DNA of 64,000 bases from Octopus sinensis (taxonomy: Eukaryota), in assembly GCF_006345805.1 (NCBI RefSeq), contig NC_043002.1, positions 15,500,001 through 15,564,000 on the forward strand, read 5' to 3'. The notes under the pieces are model-generated. The model had not been told where the DNA came from. It was given only the letters and a program-made list of their open reading frames with translations, and made no database searches. Numbering within the stretch: the stretch's first letter is position 1; the number at the start of each line of letters is the position of its first letter. Below, one piece after another: positions 24,197 to 38,329 of this stretch. A program made the translations under genes and the position numbers.

Positions 24197-26113
24197 ATAA
24201 ATATTTTATATATAAAGAACGTGAAATACAGGAAGGGACAAACACGGAACACAGACAAATCATTCGAAGCCTTCAATCTTCAGTCAGACACCGAATCATC
24301 ATCGCAAATTTCGCCTGTTCAATTTTGATATTTGCTCCAACTCGGCCAGCCCCAAGAAAAAAAAACTAAGCTGTAGGCATTAGATTTCTTGGTAGAAGAC
24401 AAGAATGTAAACGCACGAGACGGATGTAAATACGAGAGACGAAAACGAAATTGAAAACGGTAATGGTTAAACAAAATATATATAACGGTGGTTGTCTTAC
24501 GACTTTAGACCAAATGAGACAAAAATAACAACAACATAGCAGCTGGCGTAGAAATAATTACTTTTTCGGTAGAGGGGACACATACACATGTTGGCGAGAT
24601 AGATCGCCAACGAAATGGTTGAGAAGCAGCAGGTTGCAGGGGAGAGAGAGAAAGAGAGACAGGAGAGAGAGGGAATCAAAGAGGGTGGAAGGCAGGGGAC
24701 AGAATCAGTCAGTGACCAGAGAGAAAAAGAGAAAGAAGGGATTGAGGAGGATGGGAGGAAGAGGGGGGGGGGGAAGAAACGAGGGCGCCAAGATAGTTGG
24801 TCAAGAAGCAATGGTGGATAGGAAAGAGAAAGTATATAAAAGTCGTGCAGGGTTTAAAATTGGAATAAACAAACGGGGGGGGAGGTTGCACGTAACGCCG
24901 CCGCAATAATATAGGGATATATTTTTATATATAAAGAACGTGAAATACAGGAAGAGACAAACACGGACACAGACAACTCATTCGAAGCCTTCAATCTTCA
25001 GTCAGACACCGAATCATCATCGCAAATTTCGGCTGTTAATTCTGATATTTGCTCCAACTCGGCCAGCCCCAAGAAAAAGAAAAAAAAACTAAGCTGTAGG
25101 CATTAGATTTCTTGGTAGAAGACAGAATGTAAACGCACGAGACGGATGTAAATACGAGAGACGAAAACGAAATTGAAAACGGTAATGGTTAAACAAAATA
25201 TATATAACGGTGGTTGTCTTACGACTTTAGACCAAATGAGACAAAAATAACAACAACATAGCAGCTGGCGTAGAAATAATTACTTTTTCGGTAGAGGGGA
25301 CACATACACATGTTGGCGAGATACGATCGCCAACGAAATGGTTGAGAAGCAGCAGGTTGCAGGGGAGAGAGAGAAAGAGAGACAGAGAGAGAGGGAATCA
25401 AAGAGGGTGGAAGGCAGGGGACAGAATCAGTCAGTGACCAAGAGAAAAAGAGAAAGAAGGGATTGAGGAGGATGGGAGGAAGAGGGGGGGAAGAAACGAG
25501 GGCGCCAAGATAGTTTGGTCAAGAAGCAATGGTGGATAGGAAAGAGAAAGTATATAAAAGTCGTGCAGGGTTTAAAATTGGATAAACAAACGGGGGGGGG
25601 AGGTTGCACGTAACGCCGCAATAATATAGGGATAAATATTTTATATATAAAGAACGTGAAATACAGGAAGAGACAAACACGGAACACAGACAACTCATTC
25701 GAAGCCTTCAATCTTCAGTCAGACACCGAATCATCATCGCAAATTTCGGCTGTTTAATTCTGATATTTGCTCCAACTCGGCCAGCCCCAAGAAAAAGAAA
25801 AAAACTAAGCTGTAGGCATTAGATTTCTTGGTAGAAGACAAGAATGTAAACGCACGAGACGGATGTAAATACGAGAGACGAAAACGAACTTGAAAACGGT
25901 AAAGTTTAAACAAAATATATATAACGGTGGTTGTCTTACGACTTTAGACCAAATGAGACAAAAACAACAACAACATAGCAGCTGGCGTAGAAATAATTGA
26001 CCTTTTCGGTAGAGGGGACACATACACATGTTGGCGAGATACGATCGCCAACGAAATGGTTGAGAAGCAGCAGGTTGCAGGGGAGAGAGAGAAAGAGAGA
26101 CAGAGAGAGAGGG
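24191..26113. repeat. Tandem repeat, ~718-bp unit x ~2.7
   Basis: Unit starts ataggga.. at 24191, 24911 and 25626; copies nearly identical; left end abuts (AT)n, right end abuts (TAGA)n. Confidence 0.95.
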
Positions 26114-26116
26114 AGC

Positions 26117-26141
26117 ATAGATAGATAGATAGATAGATAGG

Positions 26142-26190
<49 letters not shown>

Positions 26191-26192
26191 AT

Positions 26193-26240
<48 letters not shown>

Positions 26241-26309
26241 ATATATAGATAGACAGACAGACAGACAGACAGATAGATAGATAGATAGATAGATATATAT
26301 ATAGATAAT

Positions 26310-26365
<56 letters not shown>
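26117..26365. repeat. (TAGA)n/(CAGA)n microsatellite
   Basis: Directly visible. Confidence 0.95.
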
Positions 26366-26984
26366 ATAAATAGTTAGGTTTTTTGCATATTTCTGCATTA
26401 AATGGGCTATTGTAATTTTAGAACATCGTAAGTACATGTGCAGTAACAGAAATAATCATGGAAAATCCGAAACTTTCTTCTTTAAGAAATATCTTACAAA
26501 AGTTTTACCGAGTTTGGTATTCATTGTACATAATTGAAGAGGTAACTGCCGCCCATTGCAGCCAACTAAGGATTAGTGTCTGGTATTACCTTCTGAACGG
26601 TTCTTCTTCACGTATTAATTCATCTGACACAATTTTAATAAGAACTCGGTGAAAAAGGAAATGTGATCAATACACCACCAGCTGCAGGAGATGTGGAAGT
26701 TTTGTGTAAATAATTATGGATAATAAAGGAACTACTCAGGAAGAGATCAACTGAAGCGAAAATTACAATATCTGAACAAATCTGGAAACTCATAACAACA
26801 GAAGAAGCAACCCTGGTACAGCAAAAATTAAATAGTTGGTAAGTATGAGTGCACGACGGGGTTCCCAGTGTTTGGCTTGAATATTTAACTAGAAATTTTA
26901 AGGCGCTGCTAATAAAAATATTGGCCGAATTTAGAATACACCATGCAAAAGCTGCCATAGAAAGTTTAATTATACAAGCAAGTA

Positions 26985-27389
26985 GGCGCAGGAGTGGCTG
27001 TGTGGTAAGTAGCTTGTTTACCAACCACATGCTTCCGGGTTCAGTCCCACTGTGTGGCACCTTGGGTAAGTGTCTTCTACTATAGCCTCGGGCCTACCAA
27101 AGCCTTGTGAGTGGATTTGGTAGACGGAAACTGAAAGAAGCCCGTCATATATATATATATATATGCGTGTGTGTGTTTGTGTGTCTGTGTTTGTCCCCCT
27201 AGCATAGCTTGGTAACCGATGCTGGTGTGTTTATGTCCCCGTCACTTAGCGGTTCGTAAAAGAGACCGATAGAATAAGTACTGGGCTTACAAAAGAATAA
27301 GTCCCGGGGTCCATTTGCTCGATTAAAGGTGGTGCTCCAGCATGGCCGCAGTCAAACGACTGAAACAAGTAAAAGAGTAAAAGAGTAAG
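26985..27389 (+). mobile_element. SINE family A, young full-length copy
   Basis: GGCGCAGGAGTGGCTGTGTGGTAAG..GGTTCAGTCCC..CCTTGGGTAAGTG..CCAGCATGGCCGCAGTCAAACGACTGAAACAAGTAAAAGAGTAAAAGAG. Confidence 0.92.
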
Positions 27390-27529
27390 TAAAGGTGACT
27401 TATTCAACTAGAAACTTACTATAAAATATACGCTATAAAAATACAGATATTACTTATGCATAACCGATGTCAATTTGTACAAATAGTCACAAAGCATGAG
27501 TGAAAAAAACTGTTTTCTTTCTTCAAGGA

Positions 27530-28400
27530 AACGAAGAAATGCCAGAAAGAGGTCTTAATGCCTGACGACTAAGAAGAAAATGAAGAAACAACAACTGTAA
27601 AAAAAAACTGAAATCTAAATTATAACTGGAAGTTCAAACTGTCATGATAAAATGATGGCAAGAAAGGCCTTATATGACAAAAGCTGGGATAAAACAGTCA
27701 AAAGTGAAATCCCAATAATAGTTGAGAAGCTTGGGAGCAGAGTTTGAAGGGATTTAATTGCGGAACAAAATCAAAGACTCTTCACCACAAAACAACGAAA
27801 TCACACAATTCAGATAAATAAAATAAAGAATTGCAGAATATGTGAGAATGGGTAAGAGATAATAAATCATATAGTCTTTGGTTGCCCAGTCCTGGCTAAG
27901 GAGAAATATAACCACAGATGTGAGTGAGTTAGAACATATATACACTAGTGTCTGTACAAGCGCAATATAATGAGATAAGGAATAACTGCTGTATGCATAT
28001 CTCAAAACAAGATCTTAGTAAATGTCAAAGCAGCCATAGTGTGTGATGTGCCCTCCCATCCAAATAGATAGAGGTAGGCTAACTTGCAAGATTTTGTCAT
28101 CAATAAGTGCTGAGAAAGGAAAATGCCTTCTAATCGTCATGTCAATTGCAATAGATGATAATATATCTTAAAAGAAAACATAGAAACTCTATGAGTACAA
28201 AGGCTTGAATATAGGGATAACCCGAATGAGGAGATGAAAACGGAATGAACCCTCTAATAATAGTTGCATTGAGTTTGGTTAAAAAATTACATGCAGAAAA
28301 ATGGACAACAATAACTTACAAATACATGTAATATACCGAAAACAGCACTGCTAGACACTACACATATCCTACGTAAACCACTTTCGATACAGTGAAAATG
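27530..28400 (+). mobile_element. Decayed R4/Dong-type RLE LINE, C-terminal part
   Basis: CRICENG*EIINHIVFGCPVLAKEKY (CCHC), later ..ALLDTTHILRKPLSIQ*; many stops. Confidence 0.7.
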
Positions 28401-28794
28401 ATACCAAAGCAAACACATAACCAAGACACATATATCGGTGATCCGTAGTGCAGTGAAAACACGTGATAAAAATAACAATACTGAATATTAATAATTATAC
28501 GTAAAGATTAAGAATAATAACACAAATAATAATAGCAGCAACAAATATAACAAAGCTTCAAAGAGTGACAATGCAAAGCACATTTATCAGATACGTTGTC
28601 CTCCATTATTGCGGTCACATTATATCAGTATTTAATTTATCAACAGGGACGAACGTAAATCAAAGTCAACTACAGTGAAATTTGAAGCAAGGTTTTCAAT
28701 CAACAGCAGCTAATTAACTCAAGGTGTTTCGCCTGTCGCTCTTCCGTAGTAATAAATATAATGATAAGTTCTAATATTGGCGAAAAGGCAATTA

Positions 28795-28927
<133 letters not shown>

Positions 28928-29334
28928 TATATATATATATATTGATGGCAGCGACGTAAACAAATACATTTGTAAAAAATGAACGTGATGATGAATATAT
29001 CTATACGTGATAGAGAAAAGAATGATTACAATGACCATGAACATGAAGATAATGAAGATGACGATATCAATGATGATGAGGATGATGATAAGATGATGAT
29101 GATGATGAAGGTGGTGGTGGTGAAGGTGGTGGTAGTAATCCTTGTGATGGCATTGGTGGTGCTGATGATACACACGGTGATGATGAGAAGGGGAACAAAC
29201 GTTTAAAACATGAAATTTATAAATAAAAGTGTTCCGATTAGTGTTAATACTAGGAAGTGTAGAAGAAGCATCACAAATAGAGGTAGTAGAAACAGCAACA
29301 GCTGCAACGGCAGCAGCAGCAAGAGTGGTGTCAG

Positions 29335-29341
29335 TAGTAGT

Positions 29342-29396
<55 letters not shown>

Positions 29397-29602
29397 TGTT
29401 GTTTTAGTAGCGGTAGGGTTGGATGTGGTGGTAGTAGTGGTAGTATTAGTAGTTTTTGTAGTAGTAGTTGTTGTTTCAGTTGTGGTGGTTGTGGCGATGG
29501 TAGTGGAGTTGGTAGTAGAAGTGGTAGTAGTAGTAGTAGTAGTGGTAGTAGTAGTAGTGGTAGTAGCAGCAGCAGCAGCTGCAGTATTATTATTATTATT
29601 AT

Positions 29603-29655
<53 letters not shown>

Positions 29656-29660
29656 TAGTA
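29335..29660. repeat. (AGT)n/(GGT)n/(AGC)n low-complexity tract
   Basis: Directly visible; source of the spurious poly-S/L/V ORFs. Confidence 0.9.
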
Positions 29661-30207
29661 GTAGTTATAATAGAATTGTTGGTGGTGGTGGAAGTGGTTC
29701 TGGTGGAGATGGTGATAGTGTTTGTGGTCGTAGTATTAGTTGTAGCAGACGAAGCAGCAGCAGCTACAGTAGATAAGTAGACCAAGAATACGTATCGGGG
29801 AATAATATTTTATAACGAACAAAATTCGATGCAAAATAAGGACATTAAATGTATATGAAGCAGACATAAAAATTCTAGAATTTTCTGCTAATTATGGAGA
29901 TGCAACCGATCGGGTGTGCGCCAAAACTTCGTTCGGATATATTCAATGGCAGTTAGATTTTAAACTTCAGCAAAGAGCACCTGAAATCTGGCATTCCTCC
30001 CAAATGAAGCCAAGCGCCCAATTGGCCTACAGAGACGAACTTATAACTTGCAGTCCTCGGCAATATTTAATATAGAAATTTACGGTGGAATGGTTTTCAG
30101 AATGTTGGTTTATATCCAAGCAAAGTTTATCTAAGCGTAGAATGCATATGCCTACGTTGGCAGATATATGTGCATGTGTGTGTAGGGGTGTGTACATGTA
30201 TGTATGC

Positions 30208-30265
<58 letters not shown>

Positions 30266-30351
30266 TATATGTATGTATGTATGTATGTGTGTGTTTGTGT
30301 GTATGCGTGTGTGTATGTATGTATATATATCCATATAAAACATGCATCTCA

Positions 30352-30390
<39 letters not shown>

Positions 30391-30577
30391 CATAAACCTA
30401 TATATATATATACATCCAAATATGCATGGATACATACATACATACATACATACATACATACATGCATAGAGACACAAATGATAACGGGGGGGAAGCGGAG
30501 AGGGAATTACGCAGATGGACAGAAAATGGATTTTATATATATGTGTATCTATAATATATATATATATATATATATAT

Positions 30578-30619
<42 letters not shown>

Positions 30620-30643
30620 TGTATATATATATACTATATATAT

Positions 30644-30716
<73 letters not shown>

Positions 30717-30821
30717 CATATACATATATTATATACATTCATATATATATATAAAGCATATTTCTCTTTTTTCTCTCTCTTCACACTCTCTTCCTCTCAT
30801 ATACATAAATGTCTATGTGTG

Positions 30822-30852
<31 letters not shown>

Positions 30853-31327
30853 ACACGCTGAAGTAGAGAGATGCATATAATTACGTATACAGATGCATGT
30901 AGAAACATATCAGCATATACGTATATTATATACACAGACATAATATAATGTCGATATGGTTGGGAAACAACATCAGAATATGAATTATATCCAAGAAGGA
31001 TATCAAATAATGATATCTATGGAAGCGCACTGCACTTACTCGTATTCTATCGCCTGTACTGGAAATGATGGGATAAATAAATTACTTGCAGTTATTATTT
31101 ATTCCAATATGCTGTACTGAGTGAAAGGCCAGCGTAAATGAGTTTCAACTAATTAATTCCTATCTGGCAAAATGTTTGACGCTATATCTCACATTACTAA
31201 TATCGATTGACGGAAAACGAGGAGTCTCTCTCTCTCTCTCTCTCTTTGTATTCTCCTCATCTTGTTGCTATCTCTCTCCCGTGATGTCTGTCAGTCTATC
31301 AATCTATCTATCTATCTATATATATAT

Positions 31328-31388
<61 letters not shown>

Positions 31389-31456
31389 CGTGTGTGTGTG
31401 TGTGTGTATGTGTGTGTGTGTGTGCGTGTGTGTATGTATGTGTGTGTGTTTGTATA

Positions 31457-31498
<42 letters not shown>

Positions 31499-31753
31499 TT
31501 ATATTCATAATCGTTGGAAGATATATGGTGATTTTAGGGGCAAGATTTATATGGCTAAGTAAGTCATCGTAGCAACCAATAGTTTCATGTACCGAGCTCT
31601 TCATAAGTGTTCAGTGTGCCACATAGAAGTCTTGATACTCATCTCCAATTTTGATGGAAACACAAAAGAATGAACAAAACCTCCACCAATGCGGTGTTGG
31701 GAAATTAATCTCACTATTTCATATTAGCTAGCATATATATATATATATATATA

Positions 31754-31798
<45 letters not shown>

Positions 31799-31869
31799 GT
31801 GCCGATGACACCACAAAATTCCTTGCAAAATATATAAATATATATATATATATGTGTGTGTATAAAGCT

Positions 31870-32600
31870 GAATGACATTCAGATAGGATATACTGGCACA
31901 GGCAAATTGCAAAACCAGTGCGTAAGCTGGGTATTAACGTGTGCAATGATGCATCTTTCCAAGTACATATTGCTAATTTGGCAAGAAAATATAAGCGGCC
32001 AGCTGGATGGATCGTCCGAAATTTCAAAACACAATAAAAGGTGACAATGATGGTACATTTGAAGCATATATCCTCAGCTGCTTGAACTACTGCTCACAAC
32101 TATGGTCAGCTACCGGGAAAGACTGAAAGAATTATAATCTTTTACATAGGATGAAGCGGGAGGGACATGCAGGGATATATATCCGAAAAATCCTATGTCT
32201 TGCACCAAACATTATCATTGAAATTTATACAAAAAGCAAAACGGAGCGCCAATGCTTAGTGCCAAAGGTCCCAGCATCTCCATCAAAATAGAGGACCGGA
32301 TACTGGAACAACTTGTGTTTGAAAGGCCAACAGCTCTTGAATATCCTTTCGAAATGCGTGAGAGATCTGCATGGTGTGGTTGTGGCTGTCTTAAAAAAAG
32401 AATACAAAATGGATCTCTTCCCGTCAAGGTTTCCAGAGGAGCCTACCTCACAGCAGGAAATTCAAATAAGGCAGCTGCATCAAACTACTTTATTCACCAA
32501 ATTCCACATATCAGAGGAGGTTTTTAAATAATTCTGTAACGCAGTGAAAGGTTGTTTCCCAAGATGGCCGCATCTTTTAAACTTTAACGATTTAAACTTT
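31870..32600 (+). mobile_element. CR1/L2-like LINE 3' region, same family as 10613-11030
   Basis: ..LGINVCNDASFQVHIANLARK..GWIVRNFKT.., then ..VPKVPASPSK..QLLNILSKCVRDLHGV..; ends ccaagatggccgc plus an A/T-rich repeat tail. Confidence 0.72.
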
Positions 32601-32618
32601 TAATTTAACGATTTAAAG

Positions 32619-32683
<65 letters not shown>

Positions 32684-34864
32684 TATATATATGTATGTAT
32701 ACTCACGAACACACACACACACACAAACAGATACACTCACATAAACACACACGCAAAATAACGAGAGTGACATGAAGCGAGTTTGAAAAGTAAACTAAAT
32801 TTCTAGAAATCCTCTACTCGTATATATTCATATATGATTATCCGAAAGAAATCTGCAGCGTTAAGTTGTGTCGATTTAAATCGTCCACGATTATACGTTG
32901 GTTTTCAGAAACAATATATAGAAAAATAAAAATCAAGTTAAGACATTTTACACGATTTTACATCTGCCTGCCACAAATCCTGTTATCGTAAAATCACTAG
33001 AAGACCGTTAAAATCACATACAATCATGTTGCAGTACAATAAATAAGAATAAAAGCATATAAAATCATATTAAAATGCGAACAGTAAATCTTAAGTTACC
33101 CACCATAGTGTAATGTAGCTTAGAGAACGAAATCAGGAAATCACGAAATCATCAAATTATATGTACGTAGTCGTGCATTTAAAATAATTTAGTTTTATTT
33201 TACTATTGCGAAATAATAATAATAACTGAATTTGGTTTTAAAGCTTAAAAAAGGCTTTTATTTTACCATGCCTTATTGGTTTTCAATACAATACAATATT
33301 CTATCACTGTGCACAAGGGATATGTCCCCCATCACACAATTGTCTTTACCTGCAATCATGGACGTGGAAATAAAGCATATTTAATAAGATACACGCAGAA
33401 ATATATTCGTATACATTTATGTGTGCGTTTTCTGTGCAAAATATTGGGTAGTGGTCCATCATTGGAGCGTATACAATTAGCATATTTTCTCGAATATCGA
33501 CTGAATAAAACAAGCTGTTATTTTGGTTGCTCCTCGTGGGGTTAGATGAGGATAAGTTAAAACGGTTTTTATCCCACTTGATCTCCTGCCCTTCTATAAC
33601 AATTACCTGATTCGTAACTGGCACAACGCTTTGCTCAGATAAGCGCAGGTCGCAAAAAATTGATTGCCTTTAAACACCATATTACAATGACATTCCTACT
33701 ACTTCGTTACTCTTCATCTGTAGATGCATTGACTACGTATGAACGATAAGGTTTGCAGAAATATCATTGACTGAGTAGCTTGAATTTTGTCGACACAAAT
33801 ACATCACTTAAGGAGTAAAAGATAGTCATCCTCCCAGGCCTTAACTCTTTTACATATATCTGTAATCGGACATCTACATCATCGGCAAAACTTATACGTG
33901 TAATTTCCAATCCCCTCTTGTATAATAACGTCTCGTAGACGGGCATTTTCTTTCGATAAAACATTTTGACAAATATGTGTAGCTCCGTATCACTTCATAT
34001 CCCAAATTTACATTTCGTTGCACGGAAAATCACAATGAATTGCATATCCGTTCATTTTAATATTTTGCAGAGAAAACGATTGCATAATTGAGATGTTATT
34101 CTTAAACGACTCATAAATTTTTCAAACTTTGCAAATATTTATTGCAAAGAAAATCGAATTAAAATTGGAATTGAAAAATTATTGGTAAAGTTTAAATAAA
34201 ATAATGTCTTCAAATTTTCTTTTAGCAAATTTTCCTGAATGCTTATATTCATTGTATTCTGAGTCAAACTCTGTCGTATTTGTAATTCACTAGCAAATAT
34301 GAGATCGAATCTGTCCATAACCGTGCATGAGGTACCTGCAATCTATATTTTGAGGATGTGAAATATGAGTTTGCTTCTCAATATTGCAAAACATCCATTG
34401 ATATATACATATTTCTTTCGTTTTGTTAATAATTATTAAGATCATAATAATCTTCCTCAAAATTTTCACATAATCAAAAACAAAATCAAAGGCAAACTTG
34501 TACAGCAGTACTCAAAAAGTGAAAGGAATTATTAAAATTTTCAAATACCGGTAAAACTTCTTATATTTTTAAATAAATGTTGATAAAAATTATGAATAAA
34601 TATTGCCTAGATATAAACTCATAAAATGCTTAAATCTTATAGAAGTTAATGAGATGTATCTGATTCTGCGTAAAAAAATAAATATATATATATAGTGAAA
34701 TAAGTTCAGGTGTTCGTTCAATTTTTCATGATTATCGTGCCAACAAATTAAGACTCATCTCTCACCCACCAATTAAGATTATTATACATACGTACGTACA
34801 TGCATACAGAGAGACAGATATGCACACGCACATACTCATACCAGTTCACACACACACATACAGA

Positions 34865-34903
<39 letters not shown>

Positions 34904-35457
34904 AAGAGAGAGACACAGAGGGAAACAGAAACAATATAAAAGTATGTTAGAGAGACGTAGGAAGCAGTGGAGTTCAGAACGATTATTCACAATTAGATTC
35001 AATCGCCGTAATAAACGATAAGAAATATTCTCAATCGATTTCGTATGATTATGTGTTCTAATTTCCTATATGCTCATTTGTAGTTTGATGATAATATTTA
35101 GATTACGGAATAGAATTTATATTTCACTGAAATTTAATCACTAATTTTGACCTAGGCTCATATAAATAGGTTTCTTTTCGTATTTTCTGTAGTAGTACGT
35201 TATATATATGCACTAAGAATATATACATACTTCGGTATGCATACGTAGAAAGAACACAAAAACATCTACGGAAACACTTACATATGTATACCTGAAAAGT
35301 CAAATGGGTTTACAAATATAGAAATATTTACACACACACACAGACATTTACATATATGTTATCCAAGAGAAAGATAAATGTCGATACAGATTGGCACCAG
35401 TGGCGTCACAACACATTTCTACATTTACGCGAACAGAACTAACTTAAAAAGAAAGTG

Positions 35458-35650
35458 CCTTGAGTCATTTTGTTAATGTTTTCGTTCATTTCTTCATCGA
35501 TGGATTTTAATTTACCTTCATTCGTCTGCTCATTCAATTTTAGAAGCTATATTTCCATCATTTATTCCAGTTCCATTTCTTCCCTGAGACGTCTTTGTAA
35601 CTCAGATTTATCTATATGTGTGTATATGTATACACACATACATACATAAT

Positions 35651-35686
<36 letters not shown>

Positions 35687-36432
35687 GTATATATATACGT
35701 AATTTCCTGAGTTCGATTCCGGTGCCGAGCTCTGATGCATACTTGAGGAAGGCATTTGCATCACTAGCGAACAATGGCAACTTCAAAATTGGTAATTATT
35801 TGGTGTGGTACGGTTTTGTTGTACGTGGTTGTTAAGTAGATCGTTAGAATAACAGTTCCGTTGGTATATTTTTGTGGGAGTGAGGGGAATTGTAATGTCT
35901 ATCCGGCGGGTAGTGACTTTTTGTTTCTCTGTTTGATGCTGGGGTGCTCCCGATGTTAAGTTAGGTCCTGCATTTTCTTTTTCTGGCAGGGGAGGTGGTT
36001 CGTTTTTTTTTAGATAGGCTTCAGTCTGTGTTTGAGTGTTGTTTTGATTTTCCTCTTTTTAGGAAAGTGTTATTAGAAGCATGTACTGTTTGAAAGACAG
36101 TTCCATAGTCTGAAAACCAAGTGGCGTTTTTATCCCAGTATTGGAGTGATTTCAGTTCTTCTTTCTGACAATCCTTTTTCCACTATTTGGAGTTCTTCTG
36201 TAGGTTGGGGCCTTGAGTCATTTTGTTAATGTTTTCGTTCATTTCTTCATCGATGGATTTTAATTTACCTTCATTCGTCTGCTTACTCAATTTTAGAAGT
36301 TATATTTCCATCATTTATTCCAGTTCCATTTCTTCCCTGAGACGTCTGTGTAACTCAGATTTATCTATATGTGTGTATATGTATACACACATACATACAT
36401 AATATACAACACACACACACATATATATATAT
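35458..36432. repeat. ~215-bp direct repeat (35458-35670 / 36211-36432), apparently the N-terminal part of a tandem PLE copy
   Basis: ccttgagtcattttgttaatg.. is duplicated with period 753; the minus strand is a disrupted E/K-rich frame directly downstream of the Neptune pLTR. Confidence 0.7.
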
Positions 36433-36439
36433 TTATAAC

Positions 36440-37330
36440 GAAAATAAGATAAAGTAGAAATGCTAAAGTAATTTTATTATGAAGAACATTTTAGGACCGA
36501 GTTTCAGTCTTATCGACTTTTTCAAATCAGAATAAAGTTTAAAAAATCTATAAAAGACAATAAAATTGTGAAAAAAGTTAGATGAAATGCGTTTTTAAAG
36601 ATATTTCCATTGTCTGGAAGTAGGCAGGACATTTCCTTATTTTTCTGTCTGCCTCTCTTTTATTTTTGTGACGGCTATGTAGGAAAAGTTAATATGAGGG
36701 ATGTTAGATCTGGATTTTGATTGCTTAAGCAGCAGCAGCAATCGAGGAAGGATACGGCGAACAGGAATAAGAGAAAGAAAGAACCAAGGGGAACAGAAGA
36801 ATAAAAGAAAAAGATGGGTGTGCTATAACGGTTGTAGACTTTTCTTCAATGGTCAAGTTACCTGTTGCGGTTGTAGCTGTAGTGATTGTAATTGTTCTGA
36901 ATAAATTCATGTGTAGTGACTGTCCTGAATATATCGTTTTTAATATTTGCGTGGGTATTATTCTAAGTTCCTTGTAGTAGTGTTATCTGTGGTCGAAGCA
37001 TTCAAAAGGAGTTTATATTTTGCGATAAAATATTATACTTCGCTAATGCGCAGACTATAGGTTACATTGTCACTCCAATTATAGAGGGGAAAAATTTCGA
37101 AGTTGCCATTGTTCGCTAGTGATGCAAAGGTCGGTGTGTTCGATTATTGCTAGTTTTCTGTATTCTCGAATTTTAATGTAGGATCTATATAGGGTCATCC
37201 TGTGGCGTAGACTGAGTTTGGTTTTGTATATGTATTGCTCTCAACACGCTGAACAACTTAGCACGTATATTAGGTTTTCCGAAGCACATGTGAACTTGTT
37301 CTTCACTGAAAATTTTGACCCTGTTTGAAG
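36440..37330 (-). mobile_element. Neptune-type PLE 3' end (GIY-YIG domain + pLTR)
   Basis: Minus strand: KNKFTCASENLIYVLSCSAC*EQY..LSLRHRMTL..REYRKL..YFIAKYKLLLN; U3-A8 hammerhead-like motif at 36495-36525. Confidence 0.75.
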
Positions 37331-37695
37331 CAGAACTCCAATCCGTCAACTAGGTTGACACATATACAGTCAGTTCTTCTGCCGTTCAAGAATTTGGACC
37401 TGGCGATAACCATTTCCAGCGACTTCGAGGGTCACCTCCCAGTGGTGTCGGGCGTCAACAAAGAGCCCTCGACTACAAGACGACCAAAGTGTTTTTTCCC
37501 AAGGTCTGGAGTCTCCCGCCCCTAAGTCCTAGCCCATCACCTAATCACCCTTACCCGTCTTGTTGTTTAACAACAACAAGTCAGTTCTTCTGCACTTTTT
37601 TACTGACGGCTTCGATGACGCTGATGAATGTACCTGGGCTTGTGTAAGAAGAGTTTTCATTGACTTGAGTTGTCTTTTGCTCTTTATGATACATA

Positions 37696-37978
37696 TGGAG
37701 TAGTGGATAAAAGCGCGGGCTACTAACCCCAATATTCCGAGTTCGATTCCAAGCAGTGATCTGAACAATAAAAACAGCAATAACAGCAATAATAATAATA
37801 ACACCACAAAAATACTTAGGAATGAGAACCAGGTTCGAAATTTCACCAAGACACCTGAAAAAGGCTGGAGGGTATATTAGCCGAAACGTTGTGTTAACAG
37901 CAAACAAGATGAGGACAGATATCCGTCGAATGTAAATAATGCACATAATAATTCCTCATCTCTTAAATATAGAACTGT
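37696..37978 (+). mobile_element. tRNA-headed SINE (family D) carrying a minimal hammerhead and a PLE-like tail
   Basis: A box TGGAGTAGTGG, B box GAGTTCGATTCC; GACAC-CTGAAAA-A-GGCTG..TAGCC-GAAA-CG-TT|GTGTT at 37850-37895; second copy at 59037-59293. Confidence 0.75.
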
Positions 37979-38275
37979 GAAATCCTAAACATAGTCAGTT
38001 AACCCAAATAGCATTCCATGGAGATGTGATAATTATAAAGTTATTACACTCATCTTAGAGTATACAAATTAACAAATTAGACAGTAGCGCAATAGTTAAT
38101 CAGTGACAATAATTTAGGAAATCAGTAAAGTATTTTACATCAATCAGTATCTTGGGCAATACATAACGAATTAGGCAAATATACGATATCGAAAGAAAGT
38201 TCTACATATCAATTCTTAATCCTTACCTATTCATCATCTAATTTGTCCAGACACATTATCAAATGTTTTTTTTCT

Positions 38276-38329
<54 letters not shown>

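Noticed and set aside
24255-24295. CTGAAGA..GAAT on the minus strand of the 718-bp unit as a hammerhead
   Set aside because: No convincing helix I or stem II geometry, and GAAA is incomplete.
26740-26837. Open frame ending at a GTAAGT donor
   Set aside because: No polypyrimidine acceptor, an upstream stop, and no recognisable homology.
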